Assembly (NCBI RefSeq): GCF_009914755.1
Contig: NC_060931.1
Length of the DNA: 64,000 nucleotides
Direction: 5' to 3' (one strand)
Origin: the human T2T-CHM13v2.0 reference genome, Homo sapiens
Positions 14,321 to 27,159 of the stretch are shown here, piece by piece. Every line of letters starts with the position of its first letter. The first letter of the stretch is position 1. Position numbers and translations under genes: made by a program. Below the pieces are notes generated by a model. That model did not search any database and was not told the origin of the DNA. It worked only from the letters and a program-made list of their open reading frames with translations.

Positions 14321-14675
14321 ATCCATAAACAAAGTGCAATACAAACCAGAGAGCAGAAGAATATATTTATAACCAACAAAATACTAGTATACAAAATACA
14401 AAAAGAACCCTGTAAGTCAATACAAAGCAACAAATAATGTAATACTTTTTAAAATTAGATAAAGTAGATAAACAGGCAACTCACAAAAGTGGAAACTAAA
14501 ATGGATAATAAGCTTTTTTAAATGCTCAACTTTACTTTACTAATAATCAGGAAAATGAAAAACTAAAACCACAATGAAATAGCATCAAATTAAGTATAGC
14601 AATGTTCTTTAGAGGACAGGGAGAGAAATGAGACCAGAAAGTAGGTCACAGAGAGCTCTGACTATATTTGTAATT

Positions 14676-15065
14676 GTGACAATCACTAGAACCATTCACA
14701 AACATTTAGGTTCCACTCCTTTTAGGCACATGGTAGGATTGTTCTTCCTCACACCTTTAAGCTAGGCAAGTATATGTGATTTGCTTCTGCCAAGGAAATG
14801 TATGCAGAGATGTCACTTGTAGATGGAAACCTTTAAGAGCCAGCATGCAATTCAGCATCTCTCTTTCCTTTTGTCACAATCTCTCAGTGACTGACAACAA
14901 TGCTGTCAGCCTGGATCCTGAATTGGGCCCCCTGCCACCCCATGTATAGGCATGCACCATGAGTTAGAGGTTTGTTTGTGTGGATTTTTTGTTGTTTGTT
15001 TGTTTTAAGCCACTTACATGTGAAAGCTGTTTGTTACGGCAGCATAAGCTAGCCCATTCTGAGAG
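14676..15065 (+). mobile_element. MaLR LTR (MLT1I/J-like)
   Basis: ttttaggcacatggtaggattg...ttttaagccac...gtttgttacggcagcataagctagccc. Confidence 0.65.
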
Positions 15066-15214
15066 TTACCTTTTATTCCTTTAACTGGGTGGAGGGTAGG
15101 TGTATGCACATTATATTATTCACTGTACTTTGTGGATATAAAATATTTCATAATTTTTAAAGAACAGTTTATGGTAATGAATGATTATCTGGATTAAATA
15201 TAAGACATACATGC

Positions 15215-17950
15215 CTCCATTCTACAAATATTAACTGAGGGCTTACTATATGCTAGGCACTCTTCCATGTGCTAGGGATTCAACAGTGAACAAAATGGTA
15301 AGTCCCAGATTTTGCAGAGCTTACAAGAGGAAAGGCAGAAAACAAACAGATACATATTTAATATGTCAGGTGGTGTTGTTTACTATGATAAAAAATAAAG
15401 CAGGGTTAAGGGTATAGAGAGGAGGAAAGTATTATTTTAAACAGTGTGGTCAACAAAGCCTCTGACACAGAAACATCTGAGCTGGTGAAAAGAATGCAGG
15501 GATTTAGGAGAGGGAGGAGAGACAGTAAGGGGCAAAAATTTTACTGAAAAAGGTGAGGACTCTTGTGTCTGGAGCTGAATGAGAGAGCTAGGAACAAGAC
15601 AAGATGGGGTCCTCCAGACCATAGAAGGCCACCAGGGGGTTTGGAGCAGAGCAGGGATATGACCTGACATGTTTTTAAAGGGTCATTCTGGCTGCTGTGG
15701 CAAGAATCTTTAAGAATTGGTGGGTGGAAGCAGGGAGACCACTTGGGAGGCTAATACAAGATTCAGTCAAGAGAAAATAGCGATTTGGTCAAAAAGGAGA
15801 GCTGAAGGTGGTGAGACATGATCCACTTCAGGATTATGGGTGGGACAACAGAATCTGTGGTTGGGTTGGATATGTAGTATGAGGAAAGAGGCAGGTCAAG
15901 GATGACTGTAAAGCATTGGCCTGAGCAACTGCAAGAACGGAGATGCCATTATCTGAGTAGAAAAGACTGGAGGAAGGGCAAGTTGGGGGAGAGGGCCGGA
16001 CCAATTTGGTTTATCTATGTTCTGTCTGAGAGTCCTATTAGAATTCCAAATGGTGGCATCAAATAGTCAATTAGATACATGAGCCTGGAGTTCAGGGGAA
16101 AAGTTCAGGCTACAGTAATCAGCCTGCAGCTGGTATTTAAGCCATGGACTGAATTAGCTCACTTACAACATAAATGTAGATAGAGAAGCCACCCAAGGAA
16201 TTAACCTTGAGGCAGCACAGCCAACCTAGAAGGAGCCTCCACTGAAGAAGAACCAAGAGTTGTACCTCATACCCAAGTGAAGAAGATGTTTTAAGAAGGA
16301 GGGAGTGGCCAACCATGTCAAATGCTGCAGGGTGTCAAATATGATGGCTTCTGGATTTGGCCAATGTGGAGGTATTGGGTGATCCTGACAAAAGCAATGC
16401 CATTGGAGTTGTGGTGGGGTGCAGGACTGGTGTAGACTGAAGAGAGAAAACTGAGTCTCCATGTAAAAAAAAATTATGTTAAGAAATTTTTCTACAAAAG
16501 ATATCTAAGAAATGGGGCAATCACTAGAGGAGACGGTTATGTCAATACATGGTTTCTTTTTAAAAATGGAGGCCATTAGAGCATATATGCATGTGGGTAA
16601 GAATAATCCAGTGGAAAATGAATAATCAGTCATGCAGTGGGGGGGCAGCACTTGCAAGCAAAGTTCCTGAGAAGGTGAGAGAAGATAGGATCCATTTCAC
16701 CAGTAAGGATGCTAGCCTCAGCCACCGCCTATCTGCTGTATCCACAGAGAGGAGATGGGTAGACACAGCAAGTGATGGAAACAAATGCAGAGTATGTGAG
16801 TGCAGATGCAGGGAGGGTGGGAGATACAGCAAGGGGAGCATGTGGAAGTTCTCTTCTGATTGCTTCTACCTTCTCAGGGGGATAAGAATCAAGGTCATCA
16901 GCAGAGAATGGGAAGAGTGGGCAAATTTTGAGAATATAAAATAGTTGTCTCTCAGAGTGGGAGAATGCACTGACCAAGATTTGCCAGATAGCACAAGGAT
17001 CCATTATAAGATTTGTGGTCATGAATTTTTAAATGAGGCAGTAAGCATGGTTTACCTGGATTTGGGGTTTGCCAAGCAAATAGAGGGGAGAGAGAGTTGA
17101 AAAGGTATGCAAGGGAGTGATTGTAATGGTAGCCCATGAAAACAAAATGGGTAAGGAGGGAACTTAGAGTCTGATAGGGCTGATGGACAATGAAGATAGG
17201 TTCAAGAATTCGGAGTTCCCAGGGGGTTGAACAATTGTTGAAGGTGGGCATCTAGAAGGAATGAGCTGGGAGCAAAGAAAGGAGTAGTCAATGAGATGTT
17301 GCTAATGGGGTTATTGGAAGGGATGCAATTATTGGTAAAAGCCTAGGGTATGCCCATGGAAGCAAGTAGCTAAGAAGGCAAGATCATTCAAGGTGAGGAA
17401 GTCGGTTAATGAAAAGAGAAGGGTATTGGGAGGATTGTCTCTTTAGTAAATCAAAATCACCAAAAACTATGACAAAAATGGTGGCCTGGGTGCAAATGTC
17501 TTCGAGGAACAATTGGAGGTAGCATATAGGTAACCATAACAAAGAGGGGTGGTGGGTGGCAGAGACTGGTGGCAGGAGCTTTAAAAGAGCTGTGGGGGCT
17601 TCTAAGGAGGATGCAAGAACAATGGCCCAAAGCAGCCATGAGAAGGGAGAAGTTCATCTATGAGCCTCTGGGCTTGGGGGCCATGGGAGAATAAAACTGC
17701 CAGTGGAAATAGTGTCCTCCAAAGACAACCCAGTTTTAGTTGAAGCAAAAGGGTAAAGTTGCCATTCAGTGAAAATGTTGAGGACACAAGGGATTTTGTC
17801 TATGAGAGAATGAGAGCTGTATAAGGCCCTGTGGAAGGTTTAGGGGAATAAGGAAAAGAGAGAGATTGAAGGATACAGTACAGTCAGATTCAAGGATACA
17901 AGAGATACAAGGGACACGTGTCCAGGAGATGGTGATGGATGACCTTGGCC
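15215..17950 (-). mobile_element. Long L2 LINE remnant (about 2.7 kb)
   Basis: Reverse L2 3' end at 15215-15300; minus-strand translation near 16270-16330 reads AAFDMVGHSLLLKTSSSLG, like the CR1/L2 RT motif SAAFDTVDHSLLL; left boundary firmer than right. Confidence 0.8.
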
Positions 17951-18559
17951 TTGCTGGGGTGCCTGACACAAACGAGTTACTCCTGGTGGACACCCAGGGA
18001 CAGACAGTCTCTTTGGCAGATTAGGATGGTAAGTGGGAGAGAGTAAGGAGGGAGAGTGGGTCTTGCCTAGATCACACAGGTACTACACACTCTTGCACAA
18101 TGAACATATGCATGGTTTATTATTTAGGAAAATGGTTCAGAGACAGAGCTTTCTACAAATGAGCACTGAAGAGGTCCCTCCATAACTAGGGGGTTTCAGT
18201 CTTCCTGGGCTGGTGCACATACTGTTTACAAGGCAGGGAGAATGGGGAACACTCAAATTAGTCCTTTGAGCCCTTAGAGATCAGCAGCTTGGGGTGATGC
18301 TTGTGAGAGGGAGGAAGCTGATGACAATGGTTAAAATGGGAGGTGAAAATTATCTGTGGTTTTCAATTATTCATACTCTCCTCAACCCACCTATCATAGG
18401 ACTGGATCTAGGTAGACTTAAAATGGTTCAAACTGCACACCAGACATCACAAAACAAAGTAGTGCTTCCATCACACAGACCTGGAGAAAAGTCAAGATAT
18501 CAGGAACATCATGGTTGGAGTCGGAGGTGGTGATAGTGGGATCTGGAAGAGTCCTTCCA

Positions 18560-18740
18560 GTGACCAGCAGTCAGAGGTAGGTCAGGCAGGCCTGGATTTA
18601 AATCCTGCCTCTTTTCCTGGGAGAAGTCATATTTCCAAAATTTAGTTTCTCTGCATGTAAAGGTGGAGTATAATAATATCTGCATTTGAAGATAGTTATG
18701 AAGAGCAAAGACTGTTGAGCCCTTAGTAGCAAATCAGTGC
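18560..18740 (+). mobile_element. MIR SINE
   Basis: cctggatttaaatcctgcctc...tttagtttctctgcatgtaaaggtggagtataataatatc. Confidence 0.6.
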
Positions 18741-20537
18741 AGTAAGAGGACAAGAGAATGTGGGTGTTCCTGATACGAAGGACACTTAGACACAGGAGTT
18801 TCTGAACTGGCTGTAGAAAGAATGAAGCACATCTCAAAAGCCTTTCAAGATGAAGATTTACATGTCAGTGAGTTTCCAAGGAGACAGATTTTACAAAAGC
18901 TACTATGAGATACGCTTCCTCTACCAAGACAAGATAACATCACATGCTGCTCTCAGTGAGTTCCTTCTACATTCTGACACATGATGGAATTGTAGGAGGA
19001 AGAGGTCTAAAAGCCAGAAATGAAGGCAGCACCCCACACCTGATTTGTGGAATGAATGAATGAACCAATGCTGTGTTTTCCCTTCATACAGAGATGGTAG
19101 AAAAGAAGAGGGCGGGACATGTAAAAGTGGCCACATAGGGCCCAAGGAAGGAGGATAGAGGTAGTTGGGGATGTAGTTGTTGGCCCTGGGACAATTGGTA
19201 GGTGCTGGATAACAAGAAAGAAGACAAGAGCCCAGACTGGTTCTTAAAACTCAGTGTACCTAAAGGCCATGCAGCCAAAATCACACATGAAAGCTGGCCT
19301 TTCAAGCACTCTCAGTATTCCAGAACCAACTGCCCTGACCTAGCCAGTCCTGCACTGAAGCAGCATTTTAAGAAGAGGCGTCTGTGAGTCCTGACATTGA
19401 ACATAGAAAAAGGAATTCACTTTGGATCTTTTTCCTTTGTGGGTACTTATTTCCACCTAATCAATGGCTCTCTCAATCTTGGGCACGGCTTTCCAATGAG
19501 TGTTCTGTACAACACCAGTGCCACGAGATGGTCCATGAAGGAAGAACACCCTGTCAGATAATGCTGAAAAAGCCTCCACACATCTTCCCATCACAGAGCT
19601 ATACCATGCACATTGACAATAAAAGCTCGTGATGTTCCGCTGTAAAGAAACCTGATGCATGGTGTTTTTAAAACATATGTGACTTTTCTCATACAACTAT
19701 GAAAGTGATATTCTCCTGGACATCACTGCCCTACATGTTGTCCTCAAAGATGGGGCTCAGAGGGTGTCATGAGCCACCAGAGCCTGCCCAGCTGCCCACT
19801 AAACAGTTGGTGAGCACACTGCCTATCAGAGCGGTACTGGTTGCTCAAACCGTGTCAGCTCCCAGAGTCCCTGGGAAGGCCCAGCTAGGCAGGCACATTG
19901 GTCCTTGTTTTAGAAACGAGGAAGCTGAGGTTCTGAGAGGTGATGTGACTGGGCCAGGCCTTCATAACCGGTGTGTGGTTGGGTAGGACCTAGGACAAGG
20001 TCTTAGGGACCCCCAAAGCCATGCTCTTTCCTATGCCAAGGGCACTTCCCAGGGAGAAAATGCACCCACAGCAACACAGTGTCCTAGTCCCCTTGGAAGT
20101 TCAACTTCTCATTGTAACTAAATAAATTTGTGGGAGCCATGGTAACCCTATCCTAGCACTGCCATCCCATCAACCCAAGCAGGCAGACAGCCCTTCTCTT
20201 TGTTTATCTTTAGCTGAAACAACAAAACCCCTAAAATGCCCTCCAATCCTGAGATATCTTGCATCTATAAAAGAACTAAGCAATACAATTAGCTCACTGA
20301 TTGCCCAAAGCTGATCCTAAGGCAATTTCTAAAGAAGCAGAATTCATTTCTGTGAGCTTTGCTCTCTAATGCCATTTTCTGTCCCTTCTCCAGCCCAATC
20401 CTCGTTCTGCTTCCCCTTTCGCCACCTTCCCCTCCTCTACTATCCTGTCTTCTGCTCTCCAGAGAAGACCTAAGACAAGCCAATCACAGCTTATTGAGCA
20501 GTTTATGGCCCTATGTTTTCTCTCCCAGGTGTATCAG

Positions 20538-21230
20538 CATCTTAGTCTGTCTGGGTTGCTCTAACAAAATAACATAAACTAGGTGTCTCACAAACAACAG
20601 AGATTTATCTCTCATAGTTCTGGATACTGGGAAGTCCAAAATCAAGGCACTGAAAGATTCAGCATCTGGAGAGGGCCCGCTTTCTGGTTTACAGACAGTG
20701 CCTTCTTGCTGTGTCCTCACATGGTGGAAGGGACTAGCAAGCGCTCTGGGGTCTCTTTTGTAAGGTCACTAATCTCAACCACAAGGACTCTGCCCTACTT
20801 ATCCAGTCAGCTCCCAAAGGCCCCACCTTCTAATAGTAACACCTTGGTTAGGATTTCAATAAGTGAATTTTCTTTTTCTTTTCTTTTTTTTTTTTTTTTT
20901 TTGAGACAGAGTCTTGCTCTGTCACCCAGATTGGAGTACATGGTGCAATCAGAGCTCACTGAAGCCTCGAACTCCTGGACTCAAGCAGTCCTCACGCCCC
21001 AGCCTCCTGAGTAGCTGGGACCACAGATGTACACCTCCACTCCCAGCTAATTTTTTTATTTTTAGTAGAAACAAGGTTTCACTATGTTTCCCAGGCTGGT
21101 CTCAAATTCCTGGGCTCGAGCAATCCTCTTGCCTTGGCCCCCCAAAGTGCTGGGATTACAGGCGTGAGCCACCATTCCTGGCCATTCGACGTATGAATTT
21201 TGAGGGGCCATAAACATGCAGAACATAGCA
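20538..21230 (-). mobile_element. MLT1A-like MaLR solo LTR with an internal AluJ
   Basis: cttagtctgtctgggttgctctaacaaaata...gaacatagca; flanked by 5-bp TSD ATCAG at 20533-20537 and 21231-21235. Confidence 0.88.
20868..21183 (-). mobile_element. AluJ SINE
   Basis: Poly-T, gagacagagtcttgctctgtcaccc, AluJ-type gcctcgaactcctggactcaagcagtcctc. Confidence 0.92.
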
Positions 21231-21367
21231 ATCAGGCACTGACTCTTATGCTTATGACAAAGAAGAGCTCTGCCCCATTGGAGGCAGGTAGGAGGCAGTA
21301 GCAGGGGGCAGATGTGTATTCTCCTACCCCCAAGCCAACTAGGTAATTTCAAGAAAGCCCAGAAGAT

Positions 21368-21411
21368 CAGACACTGCCACAGCGAACACCAGACACTGCC
21401 ACAGCGAACAC
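21368..21411 (+). repeat. Perfect 22-bp tandem duplication
   Basis: cagacactgccacagcgaacac x2. Confidence 0.95.
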
Positions 21412-21589
21412 AGCCCTAACTAGCTACTGGCCATGGCTGGTCAATGTTTATGTATTTGGAATCTTCTTAGAACACAGAGAAGAAGCACTTAGCAAAAGTG
21501 AGCCTACACAGAATGTGAGAACATGGAAATATGTAATCCCTATGATGTTCTTTACTGACACATTTAAAAAATATTTATTGCAAGCAGGG

Positions 21590-21810
21590 AAGCATGTTCA
21601 TGAAGAACAGAGGCTCTGGAGTCCAACAGATACAAGTTCAAACACTGGCTCTCCTAAATATCAGCTGTGTGACCTCAGCTATGTTTCCTCGGATATAAAT
21701 GGGTTTAATAATAGTACCTACCTTGTAAGACTGTTATGAGAACAAAATAACTCATGTTAATAACATCCTATCACAATACATAGCATGTAAGATGACAATA
21801 AATGGTGGCT
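21590..21810 (+). mobile_element. MIR SINE
   Basis: aggctctggagtc...ttcaaacactggctct...agctgtgtgacctcag...ataatagtacctacctt. Confidence 0.7.
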
Positions 21811-21819
21811 ATAATTTTG

Positions 21820-23240
21820 AATTAAATGTATTGAGTGCTTTCTCTGTGTCAAGCACAATACTATGCACTGAGGCTGAAGGGATAAATAAAATACAGTCTG
21901 CCTTCAAGAAGCATTCAGTGGGAGAGAAGTCATGCTAACAGATCATCATAACCTTATAGGGTCAATACTGTAAGTATATAAATTAGTGCTGTGGAAATCC
22001 AGAAGGAGTGAATAACACTGGGAGAATCAAGAATGGCTCCACAGAAAAGATGACACTTGAACCTATAAAGGAGGAGTAGGATTTTAACAAATGAAGAAAG
22101 GTGTCAGCATACGCAAAGGCCAAGAAGAGTTCATGAACATGGCATGTTTGGAAATGACTAGAGAGGTTTTGTGCGAATTGAAGCAGTGGCCACAGACCAG
22201 GTCTTGGGAGCCTAGGGCTTCTTGGCCAAACTCAAATTTTTTTATTTATTGTCTGTCTGTATGAGGGTAAGGGCTCCTGTCTTAAGCATTGCTGTGTCCT
22301 CAATGCCCAGGATAAGGAATGATACATGGCAAATTCTCTCAAGAATCATTTGTTAAGGCAATGAATTAATTTTATCCCAAAGGTGATGGGTGGGCCATAG
22401 TAAGCCCACTGAAGCAATGGGATAAAACTTGGCCTGGAAGAAGAAAAGACAAGTGACATGGTGAGTAGAGACAGTCCCCAACTTATAATGGCTCAACTTA
22501 CAATTGTTCGACTTACAATTTTTCAATGCTGCAAAAGTGTAGGCAGTTAATAGAAACTGTATTTCAAGTACCCATATAATCATTCTGTTTCTCACTTTTA
22601 GTACAGTATTCAATAAATAACATGAGATACTCAACACTGTTTTGTAAAATAGGCTTTGGTTTAGATGATTTTGCCCAACTATATGCTAGTATAAGTGTTC
22701 TGAACCTGTTCAAGGTAGGCCAGGCTATGATGTTGAGTAGGTTAGATATATTAAATGCATTTTCAACTTACAATGGTTTTATCAGGACATAACCCCATCA
22801 TAAGTCTGTACTATGTACAGACTAGTACATAGTACTAGTACAATGGGCATCTGTACTAGACTATGGTAGTAGTGAGGGCCTCCAGGGAGGCATAGCAATA
22901 ATGATGGAAAGGAAGGAATGGATTTCATAAACATTTCCAAAGTGAAATTGACTCAACTCAGTAAGTAACAATATACTATGTGGGCAGGAGCACAGGATGG
23001 CTGTTTGAAGTAAGACATGTTGCCATTCAGAGTAGGCTTGGGCAGCTCAGATGAGGGTGTAAAGATAATTATTTAATATTATACCTGTTGGGTTTGAGGT
23101 CCCTGTGGGGCATCTAAGTAGAGAGGTCCAGTTGGCAGTGGGATATATAAGTTCAGAGTTTGATAGAAACAATGGGGGACTCCAGACAGAATTCATTGCA
23201 ATGAGAGAAGTCCTCGAGGGAAAGAATTTAGAGTGGAGGA
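21820..23240 (-). mobile_element. Fragmented L2 LINE, interrupted by MER47A
   Basis: aatgtattgagtgctttctctgtgtcaagcac (reverse L2 3' end); later gtttgaggtccctgtggggcatctaagtagagaggtcc. Confidence 0.6.
22468..22853 (-). mobile_element. MER47A (TcMar-Tigger family MITE)
   Basis: Termini gagacagtccccaacttat and ccccatcataagtc...gcatctg with TA on both flanks; internal gatgattttgcccaact, aaatgcattttcaacttac match recalled MER47A. Confidence 0.85.
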
Positions 23241-25079
23241 GAAGACCAAATCCTCTTCAAAGAACGTGCACCAAGAATGTGAAATTCACTGGATTATAAA
23301 TACTTAGGTATACAAGCCAGATTCCCAGCCTTGAATGGGTTTATAACCTAACAGGGGACTCAAGAGATAAACATGAAATAGGGAATTAAAATGTAGCAGG
23401 CAAAATTGAAATAGCAGCTTGATTCAGTCCCAGAAGGGATTTCCCAGAACTTGGAAGAAAGACTACCCACTGAATTACACAAATACAAAGCTAGGGGTGA
23501 CCAAGGGGGACACAGACTGACAGAAGTCCTCCCAAGGAGGTGAGCTCTGCAGAGACCTAGAAGGATGGGTATGATTTATAACAGGAAAAGTACAAACTCT
23601 GCAAAGAACCATTATTATCTCTCATCAAGTAGACATGCCAGGACCCTCTGTTGCAACAAATGCTCTCTGACCCAGATGCTGCACTATAATTCACTTCTAA
23701 TCACACCGATGAGGAAAAATGTCAGCAACACTTGGAAAAGAAAACATCTGGAGAGAAAAGACTTTGTGAAGAGCTTCCTTTTGTTTTTTGCTTTGTACGT
23801 GAATGCTGCTGTGTATGGGAAGACCAGACATGAGACATGTTGGGTAGGGGTATCAGGGGAGTTGTTTATGGCAAGGAAGAGAAGTGTCCATAGTCTTCAG
23901 GTGTATGAAGGGCTGTCATGTAGAAGAGGGACTAGACATATTCCCTAAGATGCTGGTGAACAGGAGCTCTTGGAAGTCAAAATCCAGAACCACTATAAAG
24001 ATGTTCAATGGTCAAAGGTATCAGGAAGGAGTGGGTGGCCTTGGGGGCATAACAAGGTACCCTTCACAGCTGGCAGTGTTCAGGCAGAGTCTGGACAAGA
24101 AGGGTGCTATGGAATGGGTTCAATCAGGGCATAAAAATTCCTTTCCAAGATTCTAAGGTTCTGCAATCAATTCTTAGCCAAACAACCTAGATCATGTCAC
24201 TGCAGGGGGTGCTTCTAAATGCTACAAAATATGTCTGGGAGAACTACTTGGTGGTGTTTTTTCCTTAAGGTGGTAAACGCAAGCAGAAGCATGCATCTAA
24301 CTGCTCCTTAGAGGATCTGCTGAGCAGTAAGGTCCAACCTTCACTTGGATCAGGGATATGGCATCAGTGCTGGAAACAAGGGTGTCCCCTCAGCGATTGC
24401 ATGGGACACTGAGGGAGGAGATGCCCTCTTAAACACCAGGCTAACTCAGTAAAAAGGCTGTTCATGCCTGTAGCAAGAGGACAAAGGACACCCAAAATCT
24501 ATTTCTGAGAGTTGATCTTGAAGAGCCATCCCACCACACTGGCGACTATTTTTGTCAATTCTTCTTTGGACTGATTTAAAACTTTTTATTTTTAAGAACT
24601 AAATGCCTTTCACAAATGCTATCTCCCATATCCACTCCACAGCCCAGGAGATGTCATTATTTCAATTTTGCAGATAAAAAAAATTAAGGCACAAAAATAA
24701 GTCAATCATCACGTCTTAAGTATAGTGGAGTCATACCTTCTGTGGGGGTGAGGTTCTAAAGTTAGTTCACGAGGCAAAAATCACATGTGCTCAAGGGTTA
24801 CCTTTGAAAATCCCTTAATTCAATTGTATAGTCCATGCAATAAGGTAGAGTATCAAATAAAGAATATAAATACAAAATATACATTTTAAATTTGCATTTC
24901 CCTTTAAATTATATAAAAGAGAGAAAAATTCAGGATATACAGTTAACTTTTCCTAAGTCAAATGTGCACAGGCTGCCACTCCACAATATGCAGAGCATGT
25001 TTCAATCTATAGCTCTGTATTAAGACAAATGAGCTGCCCTAGGTCAGCTGGCCTGTCAGAAGCTGAGTAATGACACAAG

Positions 25080-25300
25080 AGCTCCCATTTATTAGACACT
25101 GCCTGCCTGCCAAGCACTGTGTTAAGCACTTTATTGAATCCTCACATCCCCCTGCCTCTGGGGTAGACAGTGCTACTATCTCCATTTTATAGATGACACA
25201 TATGAGAATGACAGGAAAAGGAGACCCTGGGTCACACACACAGCCATTAGGCAGCAGAGCTCGAGCCAGAGGTCTGTCTGACTCAAAAACATGGGCTTTG
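25080..25300 (-). mobile_element. MIR SINE
   Basis: gccaagcactgtgttaagcacttta...tatctccattttatagatga...gtctgactcaaaa. Confidence 0.75.
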
Positions 25301-25302
25301 AG

Positions 25303-25465
25303 GAGCAATTCTCAAATTAGGTGCGCATCAGAATCACCTGGGGAGGGAGCCTGTTAAAAATGGAGTTTATTGGGTCCATCTCAGACCAATTGAATCAGAC
25401 CCCTGGCTCCCTTCCCAGCCTATTCTGATCCAGGTGGTCCACAAACCACACTTTGAGAAACCCTG
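25303..25465. mobile_element. MER5A/B hAT-Charlie MITE
   Basis: ttctcaaa...gcatcagaatcacctgg...ccacactttgagaaaccctg. Confidence 0.8.
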
Positions 25466-26011
25466 CTGTCGGCTCTAATTCCCTACCTAATACACTTTCT
25501 ATGAAATCACACGTCAGTGCTGTCTCTCTAATGTCGTGAGGACTATAAATAAAATGTTTTATGACGATCACTGATAATGCTGTAGCCACATCCTCTTACC
25601 ACTCAGCTCAGAAGCAACAGCGCACAGCCCCACCATAAGCACACCCAGTGACCTTGGGTTCATTTTAATGATTCGGGGCAGAGTAAAGCCTTTCAAACTA
25701 TGAGACCTTTTCCTGCATGAAATCTGTTTCATAGTTAACCCAAATAAGCTTTTTACTAAAAGGAAATACCTCAAAGCCTGATTACAAGTTCAGGTTTGGC
25801 TGTAACACACCGCAAAGGCATCCTGTCATGGGCTTGCATTTCTGAATGGAATCATTCTGCTTCTTTTGATTGAAAAGGCGCATGATCTAGTGCCAGATGG
25901 CGACATTTGTACAAGTCAAGCCGGATTAAGTCAGGAGCTCTAGTGAAGCATGATGCAGATAAAGAAAATGACGGATTATCAACACACACATGCGAGCGTG
26001 CACAAGCACAA

Positions 26012-26034
26012 GCGCGCGCGCGCACACACACACA
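26012..26034. repeat. (GC)6(AC)5 alternating purine-pyrimidine tract, Z-DNA prone
   Basis: gcgcgcgcgcgcacacacacaca. Confidence 0.8.
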
Positions 26035-27159
26035 AGGCTAATGCTAACTTCTTTAAACTGTGGCAACAGATTCCCTGTCACACTATCCCTGTTCCCTGGC
26101 CTTTGTCCCCAGCCTCTACCAGCTGGATACACTCCCACATTTGCTCACCTGCCACCGGGGTGTCCACAGTCCAGGCAGACCTAGACCTGAATCCGGCAGC
26201 CCAGGACTAGGCCCGTCATGTCCTCTCCCACCCTACTTTGACCTGCACGTTTGAAGCTGGGGTGGCCCACTCTAAACATAGCATAAGTGGCCTAGAGCTG
26301 CAACTCAGGCAAGGGCACCATCATCTACCCGGTTTTCCAGACCAGGCACCTTCGTCATCCTTCACTCCTTTTCCCTCGCCTTCCAAATCAATTCCATTAC
26401 CAAGTCCTGTCAATTCCGCCTCTAGCCTGTCTGCGCCTTTCCAGCCACCACTTCCAGGATGATCCTAGTCCCTGTTCCAGCCACCATGCATCTTCTCTGG
26501 ATTGCTGTCACCATTTCCTACCTGCTCTCCTGCCTCAAGAGTTGTCTCTCCCCACCCTGCCCCCTCACACAACCCCTGCACCTGCACAGTGCCTGGCTCA
26601 GAGGAGAATAATACACACACTGAATATCATCCATGAATAATAAACATCTCATTGAAATGTTCATAACCCTTTGCTCTTTCTCCATTCTCCATTTTCCACC
26701 ATGTCTGCCCTTAAACCTTTGTAGCTCCCCCTTGCTTTTAAAGCTAAGTCCAAACTCCTTATGATTGCTGACAAAGGTTGGCCATGGCCATCAGCCCAGG
26801 GTGTCACCTGCTATTCCCCTCCTCACACTCAGGTCCAGCCACAGTGAGGTCCTTTTAGGTGAGATCTGGTCTGACAGTATCAATCAGATCTCCCCCTGTG
26901 GTTGTAAAGATGACTCAACTGATGGACAACCCTGAATATCTCCAGGGAGGGTTCCATTTTGCACCTCTCTATAGAGCCAGGATACTTAGTGGTTATGAAT
27001 ATTTTATGCAAATTTCAATTATTCAGGGACCAATAATCTAATTGTATATTACAAGATCACTTATGTCTCCTCCTCTCTGACCTGCCTACTTTTAGTCAAC
27101 TCCTCCCTAATATAAGTATATAAACAATGCACAAACATATTTTCCAAAACAGTCTTCAT

